64,000 nt of DNA. It comes from Escherichia coli (GTDB lineage: Bacteria > Pseudomonadota > Gammaproteobacteria > Enterobacterales > Enterobacteriaceae). Both the position numbers and the translations under genes were made by a program. Shown one piece after another: positions 56,970-63,891 of this stretch (its first letter is position 1; the number at the start of each line of letters is the position of its first letter). The notes beneath the pieces were generated by a model, which did no database searches, had not been told where the DNA came from, and worked only from the letters and a program-made list of their open reading frames with translations. The stretch lies in NCBI RefSeq assembly GCF_017348835.2, contig NZ_CP071375.1. The stretch is one strand, 5' to 3'.

Positions 56970-57245
56970 CACTTTCAGGTTTTTGAATTTATTCAATTTT
57001 TTCCTTTCTCCAAAATCTCTCCAAAACTTTTCCCCAAAACAGGACCACGCATTTTACAGCATTTTTATACATGGGTGAGCTTACTAGGACAGAAAAGTAT
57101 TCCAGTTTGTTTACCCATATCGCTTTCCGAATGAGATTTTTGATGTGATTTCTTCGTGTTGAAAAACCACATAATGTGGTATTAGAATTAGCTATCAAGA
57201 TTCACTTTGAATCCGTTTTGAATCCCATTGAACTCAGGAGTGACT

Positions 57246-57449
57246 ATGAAGCGTAAAAGTGTGGCTTTGTTACAAGCCATTGGCTCGGTTATAGCCCTGA
57301 GCCCGACGGTCGTTTCAGCAAATGGCATGCCAGCGAATCCAGTTTCCGCTTTGCGTCAGGATGCTGCGGCTATCAGAGGCGATTTCCAAAAAGCAATGGT
57401 ATCCGTTAACGTTGAAAAGCTGAACAATGCCAGATCAAAAAGAAAGTGA
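57246..57449 (+). CDS. small secreted protein, unknown function (prophage cargo)
   Basis: 67 aa, MKRKSVALLQAIGSVIALSPTVVSA is a signal peptide with a likely cleavage site after VSA; AGGAG Shine-Dalgarno 5 nt upstream; the listed ORF starts at an in-frame TTG at 57228. Confidence 0.55.
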   Translation: MKRKSVALLQAIGSVIALSPTVVSANGMPANPVSALRQDAAAIRGDFQKAMVSVNVEKLNNARSKRK

Positions 57450-57534
57450 GAACACCAAACTCACTTGTGAATAACAAAAGGATAATGAACTGGTTTCTCG
57501 AGTAATCGAAAATCCAGAGGTCTTAAACAGGGTT

Positions 57535-57894
57535 TTGGATAGTCCGCAGGTGCGGGCTATTGTTTGCCAGCATTTTCAGGGGCCTGTTCCGCCACCTTCA
57601 ATGCTTAAAAAGTATGATCAACTGGTGCCTGGGCTTGCAAATCGACTTGTTGAGTTGACCGAAAAAGAGCAGGCTCATCGCCATAAAACAGTGGCTGATA
57701 GCATTGATATTGCCAGAGATGGTCAAACAAAGGCTTTTTGGTTGGCAATATTGATCATCTTAGCTGCCACTGTCTTTGGCGTCATGGGGGAGACAGTTCT
57801 TGCCGGAACTCTCGTTTCAATAGATCTTGTTGCATTGGTTACGGCATTTATTGTTGGAAAACATTATTCTAAGCAGGAACCTGATCAAGATTAG
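57535..57894 (+). CDS. DUF2335-like two-transmembrane-helix membrane protein (prophage cargo)
   Basis: N-terminal PVPPPSMLKKYDQLVPGLANRLVELTEKEQAHRH followed by two hydrophobic helices; start uncertain (TTG 57535 or ATG 57601), no strong Shine-Dalgarno. Confidence 0.5.
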   Translation: MDSPQVRAIVCQHFQGPVPPPSMLKKYDQLVPGLANRLVELTEKEQAHRHKTVADSIDIARDGQTKAFWLAILIILAATVFGVMGETVLAGTLVSIDLVALVTAFIVGKHYSKQEPDQD

Positions 57895-57902
57895 TCTCCG
57901 AA

Positions 57903-57925
57903 CCCCGGTTGATGCCGGGGTTTTT
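57903..57925 (+). terminator. rho-independent terminator after the cargo cassette
   Basis: CCCCGG-TTGATG-CCGGGG followed by TTTTT, 9 nt after the stop codon. Confidence 0.8.
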
Positions 57926-57970
57926 ACACTAGCAAAGCAATATCAACATTTTTCAGCTGCATTTATTTCG

Positions 57971-59089
57971 TCAAACAACCAATTTAACCCATTCCTGACC
58001 ACGAGTATCGTTATAACGATCGGTGGTTGCTTGGACTTTATGTCCCAGTAATGTTTTTGTATCAATACCCTGCGCGCGGTACAGTCGTTCTGACAGGGAG
58101 CGTTGTTCATGAAATGTTGGCGGAGTTTTTCCTGCTGGTGGAGTTATCCCAGCCAGATCCCGTGCTTTGGCAAAGTAGTCGCTCAGGTTGTCTTTACTCA
58201 TCGGCTTTGGTTGTTTCTGGTGCCGACTATGGATTAGATATGGACTTAATATTCTGTCTCGGCACCCATCAATAACTTCTTTTAACGTTATCCCAATGGC
58301 ATCACAGCGTAGTGTAAGCGGTAACGCCAGACGCATTCCGGTTTTTCCCTGGGTGATATGCAAGTGTTCGTTCCACACATCTGAAAAACGCATGTGGCAA
58401 ATGTCATCACGGCGCTGACCAGTAACAATCGCAAGAAGCATTGCGTTACGGATAAAGTGTTTTTCAGGCGTTGCGTTGTAAATTTTTTGCCAGTCTTCCA
58501 GGGTGAGCCTGGCTCTAGTTACTTTAGGGATCGGTTTACGGGTAGCCTCCGGAGGATTCCATCCAGGAGGAACTTCCCCTGCATGCTGTGCTTCTTTATA
58601 AATATCAACCCATAATCCACGATTTACTCTCGCTGTGCTGACCATGTCTTTATCCAGCCACTCATCCAGTATTAATGCAAAGTCTCTTACTTCCAGTTCT
58701 TTCAATGGGTGGTTTCCCAGACGGGAAACCAGGTATGCAGCCATTCGGGCTTTTTCTTTGTGAGTTGTAGCTGCAATATCTCCATTTTTCAGTCGCGTGT
58801 CCTGTATTTTCAGATATCGATCAACCCATGCCTTTAATCTGATACCCCGACGCTTTGTTGCTGACGGACTTTCATCAATTTTGCGCATGAAATATTCAGC
58901 CTCTGCTGCAGCTATTCGCTGATTGGCTGTGGAAGCGATTTTTTCTGCCTTACCTTTGTCTGTTCCGAGCCCGTGAAATTTTCCAGTCACAGGGTTTTTA
59001 TACTGGTAGTAAACTCTGCCAGTTCTGCGATCAAATTTTTCGTAAAGTCCGGCTACGTCAGTGCTGTTTTTTCGTGGCCTCGGTGACAT
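57971..59089 (-). CDS. int: phage integrase (tyrosine recombinase, lambda Int family)
   Basis: 372 aa; lambda-Int-like C-terminal catalytic region (VTGQRRDDICHMRFSDV, PPTFHEQRSLSERLY, LLGHK, conserved Tyr in TDRYNDTRGQEW). Confidence 0.9.
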   Translation of the reverse strand: MSPRPRKNSTDVAGLYEKFDRRTGRVYYQYKNPVTGKFHGLGTDKGKAEKIASTANQRIAAAEAEYFMRKIDESPSATKRRGIRLKAWVDRYLKIQDTRLKNGDIAATTHKEKARMAAYLVSRLGNHPLKELEVRDFALILDEWLDKDMVSTARVNRGLWVDIYKEAQHAGEVPPGWNPPEATRKPIPKVTRARLTLEDWQKIYNATPEKHFIRNAMLLAIVTGQRRDDICHMRFSDVWNEHLHITQGKTGMRLALPLTLRCDAIGITLKEVIDGCRDRILSPYLIHSRHQKQPKPMSKDNLSDYFAKARDLAGITPPAGKTPPTFHEQRSLSERLYRAQGIDTKTLLGHKVQATTDRYNDTRGQEWVKLVV

Positions 59090-59336
59090 GAGTTAAAATC
59101 TCCTTCAGTGCATCATCATCGCCAGTATGAATTTCCGGCGCAATTCCTGTTTCACCAGGTCCAACAAATACTGCTCGGCGATCTATCAGCCAACGCCCAC
59201 GAATTTTTTGTGGTCTTGGAACGATGTATCCTAGTTTTCCGTATTTCACCAGGGTAGTGTTTGTTATTGGGAGACTGAACCGTTTTGGCTTCCACTCATC
59301 GAGCGTTATCAGGTACTGTTCGCTCATGGCTATCAC
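59058..59336 (-). CDS. xis: excisionase (Xis)
   Basis: 92 aa; YLITLDEW...GRWLIDRRAV resembles lambda Xis (MYLTLQEW...); 32-nt overlap with the int start as in lambda; start could be Met1 or Met4. Confidence 0.75.
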   Translation of the reverse strand: MIAMSEQYLITLDEWKPKRFSLPITNTTLVKYGKLGYIVPRPQKIRGRWLIDRRAVFVGPGETGIAPEIHTGDDDALKEILTHVTEATKKQH

Positions 59337-59388
59337 TCCGGAACGCGCCAGTTGCAGAATACCAACGACAACTGGCGACGGTTGAACA

Positions 59389-61860
59389 TTAAAAATCAGC
59401 CTGACTCGGGATCAGTTTTTGCCAGATAACTGAAACGTATTTTGCCTGATAACGGGCGTCATCAAGTGCATTATGGCGCTCACCTTCGAATGGAATAGCC
59501 GTTCTGGCATCGAAGTCTATGGCTTTCCCCAGCTCAACGATTGTGCGTACATCGCGATCGTTGTAGTAACGCCACGGGCAGGGGATCCCCTGCCGTTCGT
59601 ATGAACGGCGCAAAATCGTGTTATCGAAGTTGGCTCCATTTCCCCAGACCTGAACAAAAAATTCACCGGAGTTTTCGTCGATAAATTCCCGCAATTGTAA
59701 CAGTGCATCATCTAACGGGATTTCATCGGTCATAATGGCAGATTGCGCTTCGCGTGATTGCTTAAGCCACCATTTAATGGTGTCCCGATCAATGACTCCG
59801 CCAGCAGTTTCCAGATCGATAGTCTTACTAAATTCCGGTCCCATATCTCCGGTTTGCGGATCGAAAAATATTGCACCTATTGAGATGATCGGGGCATCAG
59901 GATTTTTTCCCATGGTTTCAAGGTCGATCATTAGATGGTCACACGTCCTGCTGGTGGATGTGATTTCTTGATGACCGTTCACCTTAATTGAGTGATCTGC
60001 CGTCTCGCCAGTTTCACTATCGCTGGCATGATGCTGATTGCCGCCAGTGTTCTCCTTGTGTGGATGTTCAGCGCCTTCCATTTTCTCCGGATCATCTTCC
60101 TGAACTTCAACCTGATACTCTTCATCGAATGTTTCCTGGTATGTTGCGTCGCCCATCACCGCGCCACAATCAGGGCAGTTGCCGCCGCCGGTCTGACCGC
60201 AGGCGGTGCAGGCTTTTTCCACTTCCTGTTGCGCCACTGGTTCAGGCTGTTTCGTTTCTGGCTCGTTTTGTAACGCATTTGGGCTGTTTTGTTCCGCTTT
60301 TTGGTAGTTCCGTTCCGATTCATGCTGGTTCTGGTTTACAGAATCGCGGGTCTGGATCCCCTTAACCCATTTCGGATCATTCGGGTCGCTAATCCCTGCA
60401 ACAAATTCTCCGCGAGAGGCAGCAAGCAACTTATCGGCGTCAGGCTGGCTGATATTGGCTGCCTGCATAATTTTGTTTACTTCGTCAGCGGTAACTTTTA
60501 CCGGCTCTGGTTGTGCGGTCGTGTCAGATGCACCAGTATTTTGTTGTGAACCTGAGTATGTACTGTTTTTGCGGGCGAAATATTCTTCTTTCGTGATTTC
60601 AGTAGCCCCGGCAGCCAGTGCCTTATCCAGACCAGAAAGTTTGTTTGCGCGACCGTATTTTTCGCCATCCTTGTCGGTGAAGAGGAAGTAGAACGGCCCC
60701 TCACGCTCTACAGATGGTTCGACTTCCACTTTGCATTCGGTTTTTTCGTTGTCCGGAATTGCCGTTTCCACTGCATCAGTTTCTGGTACTGGCGACGAGA
60801 GAGTATCAGTTGCGCTCTGATTTGTTCCTTCATCTTCAAACACGCCCTTTGTAGTCAGGTATTCAGTAATGTATTTGTTCAGTGCCACAGGGTCTTTGTG
60901 AATGTCGATCGGACGTTCACGGACAAGGCCAAAAATAGTCTGGCGGTCGTAGCGAAGGGCATCAGGCTGTTTGCGCATTGATGCCGAGATACGCTTCCAG
61001 TCTTCGCGGTCGTTGTCGATAACTTCATTTTTTGCCCAGCGATGGATGCTGCCGTCAATGTTTCCGGCATCCACATCACCAGGCCAGAGAGCGTAGGCCA
61101 GTTCGTCATCCAGTGTTTTCCATGTCTGCTTGTATTCGCGATGAATGGCAGCAATGACCGGGCTGATTTTTCCTGTTGAATTTTCAGTGTGCTGTTGATT
61201 GGTTCTGGCGCGGGCGAGATCAACAACAGACGTGTATTTTCCGGTTTCCTTGCGTTCACCTTCGCGACGTTTTTTCCAGATGCGCATCTCTGCCTGAATT
61301 TCGGGCCATTTGGCACCAGGCTTACATTTATGCTTAACCCACCCGATGGCATGCAGCTTAAGCTCCGGATACATGGCGTTAACTTCTGGCATTTTCATCA
61401 ACGCTTCAACGATATGTCCGTCGAATGTTGCCATGTCTTCCTGCAACAATTCCTGTGCGCTAATAACCATATCAACGGTGATGTTTTCACATGTGTCGAA
61501 CTTAACCATGACAGCGTTCTGTACTTCAGGGGCCAGCTTGTCAAAAGTGACGTTCATCGGATCTGATTCAGTCTCAACCGGAACAAAGGAAGCAGACTCC
61601 TCATCCCAGCGGTTTTCCTGCATATATTCAGCATCCCATGAATCGAGGGCAGGGCGGGGTATGCCAGGTTTATCCTCGCAGATAATAAATTTATAAGCGC
61701 AGTCCTGAGCAGCCGGATAATGTTCCAGGAATTGCCAGTGAAATTTTGCTCGAGCACGGCGTTCGTCGCCAGCTTCAATAGCTGTGGCTACAGCCACAGC
61801 GCCTTCTTCCCTTGTTGCCAGTTCGTCAGGAATGGCGGCGCAAATAAAGACTTTACTCAT
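59389..61860 (-). CDS. phage exonuclease of the family often annotated exodeoxyribonuclease VIII, with C-terminal DnaQ-like DEDDh 3'-5' exonuclease domain
   Basis: 823 aa; C-terminus carries Exo I (MIDLETMG), Exo II (VWGNGANFDNTIL) and Exo III (HNALDDARYQAKY) motifs; central acidic/Gln-Pro-rich segment with Zn-ribbon-like CTACGQTGGGNCPDCG; sits in the exo/recE slot of a lambdoid early-left operon. Confidence 0.75.
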   Translation of the reverse strand: MSKVFICAAIPDELATREEGAVAVATAIEAGDERRARAKFHWQFLEHYPAAQDCAYKFIICEDKPGIPRPALDSWDAEYMQENRWDEESASFVPVETESDPMNVTFDKLAPEVQNAVMVKFDTCENITVDMVISAQELLQEDMATFDGHIVEALMKMPEVNAMYPELKLHAIGWVKHKCKPGAKWPEIQAEMRIWKKRREGERKETGKYTSVVDLARARTNQQHTENSTGKISPVIAAIHREYKQTWKTLDDELAYALWPGDVDAGNIDGSIHRWAKNEVIDNDREDWKRISASMRKQPDALRYDRQTIFGLVRERPIDIHKDPVALNKYITEYLTTKGVFEDEGTNQSATDTLSSPVPETDAVETAIPDNEKTECKVEVEPSVEREGPFYFLFTDKDGEKYGRANKLSGLDKALAAGATEITKEEYFARKNSTYSGSQQNTGASDTTAQPEPVKVTADEVNKIMQAANISQPDADKLLAASRGEFVAGISDPNDPKWVKGIQTRDSVNQNQHESERNYQKAEQNSPNALQNEPETKQPEPVAQQEVEKACTACGQTGGGNCPDCGAVMGDATYQETFDEEYQVEVQEDDPEKMEGAEHPHKENTGGNQHHASDSETGETADHSIKVNGHQEITSTSRTCDHLMIDLETMGKNPDAPIISIGAIFFDPQTGDMGPEFSKTIDLETAGGVIDRDTIKWWLKQSREAQSAIMTDEIPLDDALLQLREFIDENSGEFFVQVWGNGANFDNTILRRSYERQGIPCPWRYYNDRDVRTIVELGKAIDFDARTAIPFEGERHNALDDARYQAKYVSVIWQKLIPSQADF

Positions 61861-61953
61861 TTTGTTTTAACCTCATGACAGATTTAAGGATGAACAAATC
61901 CCTGCCATTGCTGGCATATAAGAATGAAACCGGATATTTATTACGGAACTGTT

Positions 61954-62145
61954 TTAAAGACCTGCCGGGATTTCGATATTATCCTGGTGAATAACTTTAT
62001 CGACCGGGTAACAGTTACCGGGAATTTTCTGTTCGGTTGCTGCAGTCATACACTCCTGCATTGTCCTGTGAACACTGACTGCAATATCAACTGGCTCTCC
62101 GGAAACAAGAAAAACTGTCAGAACAAGTGCAAATGCTGTATTCAT
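61954..62145 (-). CDS. YdfD-like small membrane protein
   Basis: 63 aa from Met19 of the listed ORF (MNTAFALVLTVFLVSGEPVD...); its ATG overlaps the dicB-like stop as ATGA; hydrophobic N-terminus; resembles my recollection of Qin prophage YdfD. Confidence 0.55.
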   Translation of the reverse strand: MNTAFALVLTVFLVSGEPVDIAVSVHRTMQECMTAATEQKIPGNCYPVDKVIHQDNIEIPAGL

Positions 62146-62330
62146 TGCCAGCATCCTTTTTGTATCGGACGTAAACGGGCCAACATTGAAAGAATGCATA
62201 TTTTATTTAATAGCTCCCGTTCGTGTTTTCTCTTGTTAATGGCATCTTCAGTAAATACAGGGTTACTGATAGTGACACCAATTTCAAAACAACCTTCAGA
62301 CGTATTAACGTTTGGTAATAACGTTTTCAT
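62142..62330 (-). CDS. dicB: DicB-like cell-division inhibitor
   Basis: 62 aa from the internal Met of the listed ORF (MKTLLPNVNTSEGCFEIGVTISNPVFTEDAINKRKHERELLNKICILSMLARLRPIQKGCWQ); GAGGG Shine-Dalgarno 8 nt upstream; closely matches remembered DicB; lies directly downstream of the DicF-type sRNA. Confidence 0.65.
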   Translation of the reverse strand: MKTLLPNVNTSEGCFEIGVTISNPVFTEDAINKRKHERELLNKICILSMLARLRPIQKGCWQ

Positions 62331-62499
62331 TATCGCGCCCTCAACAATGAGTTTTGTGATGCGGTGCCTGGTGCCTCCAGGTGACGTTAACCAGTTAACA
62401 ACTAACGCCGGATACAGAGAATCCAACCATAACACTGTTTTTGGTTTTAACTGTTCCGCGTGCGCTTAGCCGCATTCACCGCATCACAAAATTCACTTT

Positions 62500-62557
62500 A
62501 AAAAGGGCGGCAGAGCAGTCACGGAGTAAAACTGATACCGCCAAACGTCACCAGAAA
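62500..62557 (-). ncRNA. dicF: DicF-type small RNA with 3' terminator
   Basis: Minus strand reads TTTCTGGTGACGTTTGGCGGTATCAGTTTTACTCCGTGACTGCTCTGCCGCCC followed by TTTTT; I recognise this 53-nt sequence as DicF; position immediately upstream of the dicB-like gene fits. Confidence 0.75.
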
Positions 62558-62819
62558 ATTGATAACAGAGGGCGTTGCAGCGGGGTTGTCACTTAAGCGT
62601 ATGGTCAACCTGACAACCCGGTGTCCTCAACGGGGGAAGGAATAACCCCGCCATACTTACCGCCGCGCCATTTCGCGGATTGCCACAACCAGAAGCGCAC
62701 GGTCGAAGAAATTTAACGACAAGACTTATATGCAAAGGGATCTCGCCGTGCGCTTTCGTGTTATGCCCTGACTTTTCAGGGTAAATTAACCTGTGGAAAC
62801 CTGTTTTTACTGGCGCTAA

Positions 62820-63059
62820 TCAGTTAGCGTTTCTGGCTAACCAGCGATGCGCGGCAGCTTCGGTTTTAAACGTTTTACTTTTGGTATACGTCATCGCGGT
62901 AAACGTGCCGTCCTGATTGGGAAACACGCCACATACCAGAGATTCGTTGTTGCCAAGCTCGATAGTATCCATGCTGACCTCATTTCCCCTTAACGCTGGG
63001 GTAGCGGAACTAAAAACCTGCTGCGCTGTTATACAAAGTGTTCCCGCCGTCATGTTCAT
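62820..63059 (-). CDS. DUF1391 protein (YdfA / YdaF-like)
   Basis: C-terminal 50 aa (MDTIELGNNESLVCGVFPNQDGTFTAMTYTKSKTFKTEAAAHRWLARNAN) resemble the prophage YdfA/YdaF family; an internal ATG at 62972 has a good Shine-Dalgarno (GAGG, 6 nt), so the true product may be the 50-aa form. Confidence 0.55.
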   Translation of the reverse strand: MNMTAGTLCITAQQVFSSATPALRGNEVSMDTIELGNNESLVCGVFPNQDGTFTAMTYTKSKTFKTEAAAHRWLARNAN

Positions 63060-63153
63060 ACGCCTCGGGCTGGCTACTTAATCCCTGACCACAGCCGGGT
63101 AACTCTAGGTATTGCCCTGTATTGTGTGGGACGGGATGGGTTGGTATGGGAAA

Positions 63154-63195
63154 ACTATAGGAAATGCCTAATTGCTTGTCAATAGGCCATGCCTA
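63154..63195 (-). promoter_or_regulatory. PL-like early-left promoter with repressor operators
   Basis: Minus strand TTGACA (63182-63177) -17 nt- TATAGT (63159-63154); flanked by TAGGA-AAT-GCCTA (63158-63170) and TAGGC-CAT-GCCTA (63183-63195), the same TAGGC-N3-GCCTA motif found at the PR-like promoter. Confidence 0.6.
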
Positions 63196-63290
63196 ATGAT
63201 TTGGGTGCGACCTAATAGGTGATGGTTTGTGGGAGAGATAGTAGGAGTTAACTAACGGGAACTAGGAATTTCCCGTCGGACCATATAAGT

Positions 63291-63767
63291 TTAAGTTCCT
63301 GTCTTGGTGATGTTCTGGCTTTTCCGTTTTGATTCTTGATTTTTCAGATAGTTAGCTACCTTCATTTCCATTGCGGCAATGTAGGCGCGAACGTCATGAT
63401 CAACCCAACTAGGCTCCGTAGCATTTCCAGATAAGAGGAAAGCCACAATTGCTCTTTTTTCATCAGAGGCGGCTTGATAAAGGCTGTTTATGTCTAAAAG
63501 TTCACTTTTTGTATCTGAAGTGGATGGGGTTGGTATGGGGTATTCGTTAAGCCCCCAATGCTCTGGACCAACCACATCAGAAAAGAAACGCCATAGTTCT
63601 GGAAGTTTGTCTTTACTTATCGAACCTTTCTTAATCCAGTCATGGATTGATGGTGGTTGGACTTTGAAATGACGTGCGATTTCCGCCTTTGATTTGACGG
63701 CTCCTGATGCAATTTTTTTGTTAATGGCCTGCTCTATCGCTCGGCCTAAGTCTTTACCACTAAGCAT
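63291..63767 (-). CDS. prophage repressor (CI-equivalent; RacR-like)
   Basis: 158 aa; HTH-like segment SKAEIARHFKVQPPSIHDWIKKG; located between PL-like and PR-like promoter/operator regions and divergent from the Cro-like gene; AGGAG Shine-Dalgarno. Confidence 0.65.
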   Translation of the reverse strand: MLSGKDLGRAIEQAINKKIASGAVKSKAEIARHFKVQPPSIHDWIKKGSISKDKLPELWRFFSDVVGPEHWGLNEYPIPTPSTSDTKSELLDINSLYQAASDEKRAIVAFLLSGNATEPSWVDHDVRAYIAAMEMKVANYLKNQESKRKSQNITKTGT

Positions 63768-63794
63768 TGCTTAATAGTCTCCTATGCGCATCGC

Positions 63795-63864
63795 GTTAGG
63801 CAATCCCTACTCTCGAAGCGTTAGGCATAGCCTATTGACAATCGCATTAGGCTAAGCCTAATAT
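63795..63864 (+). promoter_or_regulatory. PR-like promoter with three operator sites
   Basis: TTGACA (63835-63840), 18-nt spacer, TAATAT (63859-63864); operators TAGGC-AAT-CCCTA (63797-63809, imperfect), TAGGC-ATA-GCCTA (63822-63834) and the 17-bp perfect palindrome ATTAGGCT-A-AGCCTAAT (63846-63862) overlapping spacer and -10. Confidence 0.6.
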
Positions 63865-63891
63865 TATTGTGTGTTTTTTGGAGTTCATTCG

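Noticed and set aside
57246-57894. Calling the cargo pair a defined anti-phage defence or toxin-antitoxin system
   Set aside because: Sequence shows only a secreted peptide and a DUF2335-like membrane protein; there are no nuclease, ATPase, kinase or other hallmark defence domains, so a named system cannot be supported from sequence alone.
56938-57970. tRNA or tmRNA gene as the prophage attachment site
   Set aside because: No cloverleaf-forming, tRNA-like sequence is visible near the junction; the integration target is the 3' end of a protein-coding gene (potB).
61924-62469. 181-aa Cys-rich plus-strand ORF
   Set aside because: Runs antisense across the dicB-like and ydfD-like genes and the start of DicF; the Cys-rich composition is a by-product of reading the reverse frame, and it is oriented against the early-left operon.
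62973-63059. Separate small gene upstream of the DUF1391 core (Met1-Ser29 of the 79-aa ORF)
   Set aside because: It is in the same frame with no intervening stop, so it can only be an N-terminal extension, not an independent gene; which of the two Shine-Dalgarno-preceded starts is used cannot be decided from sequence.
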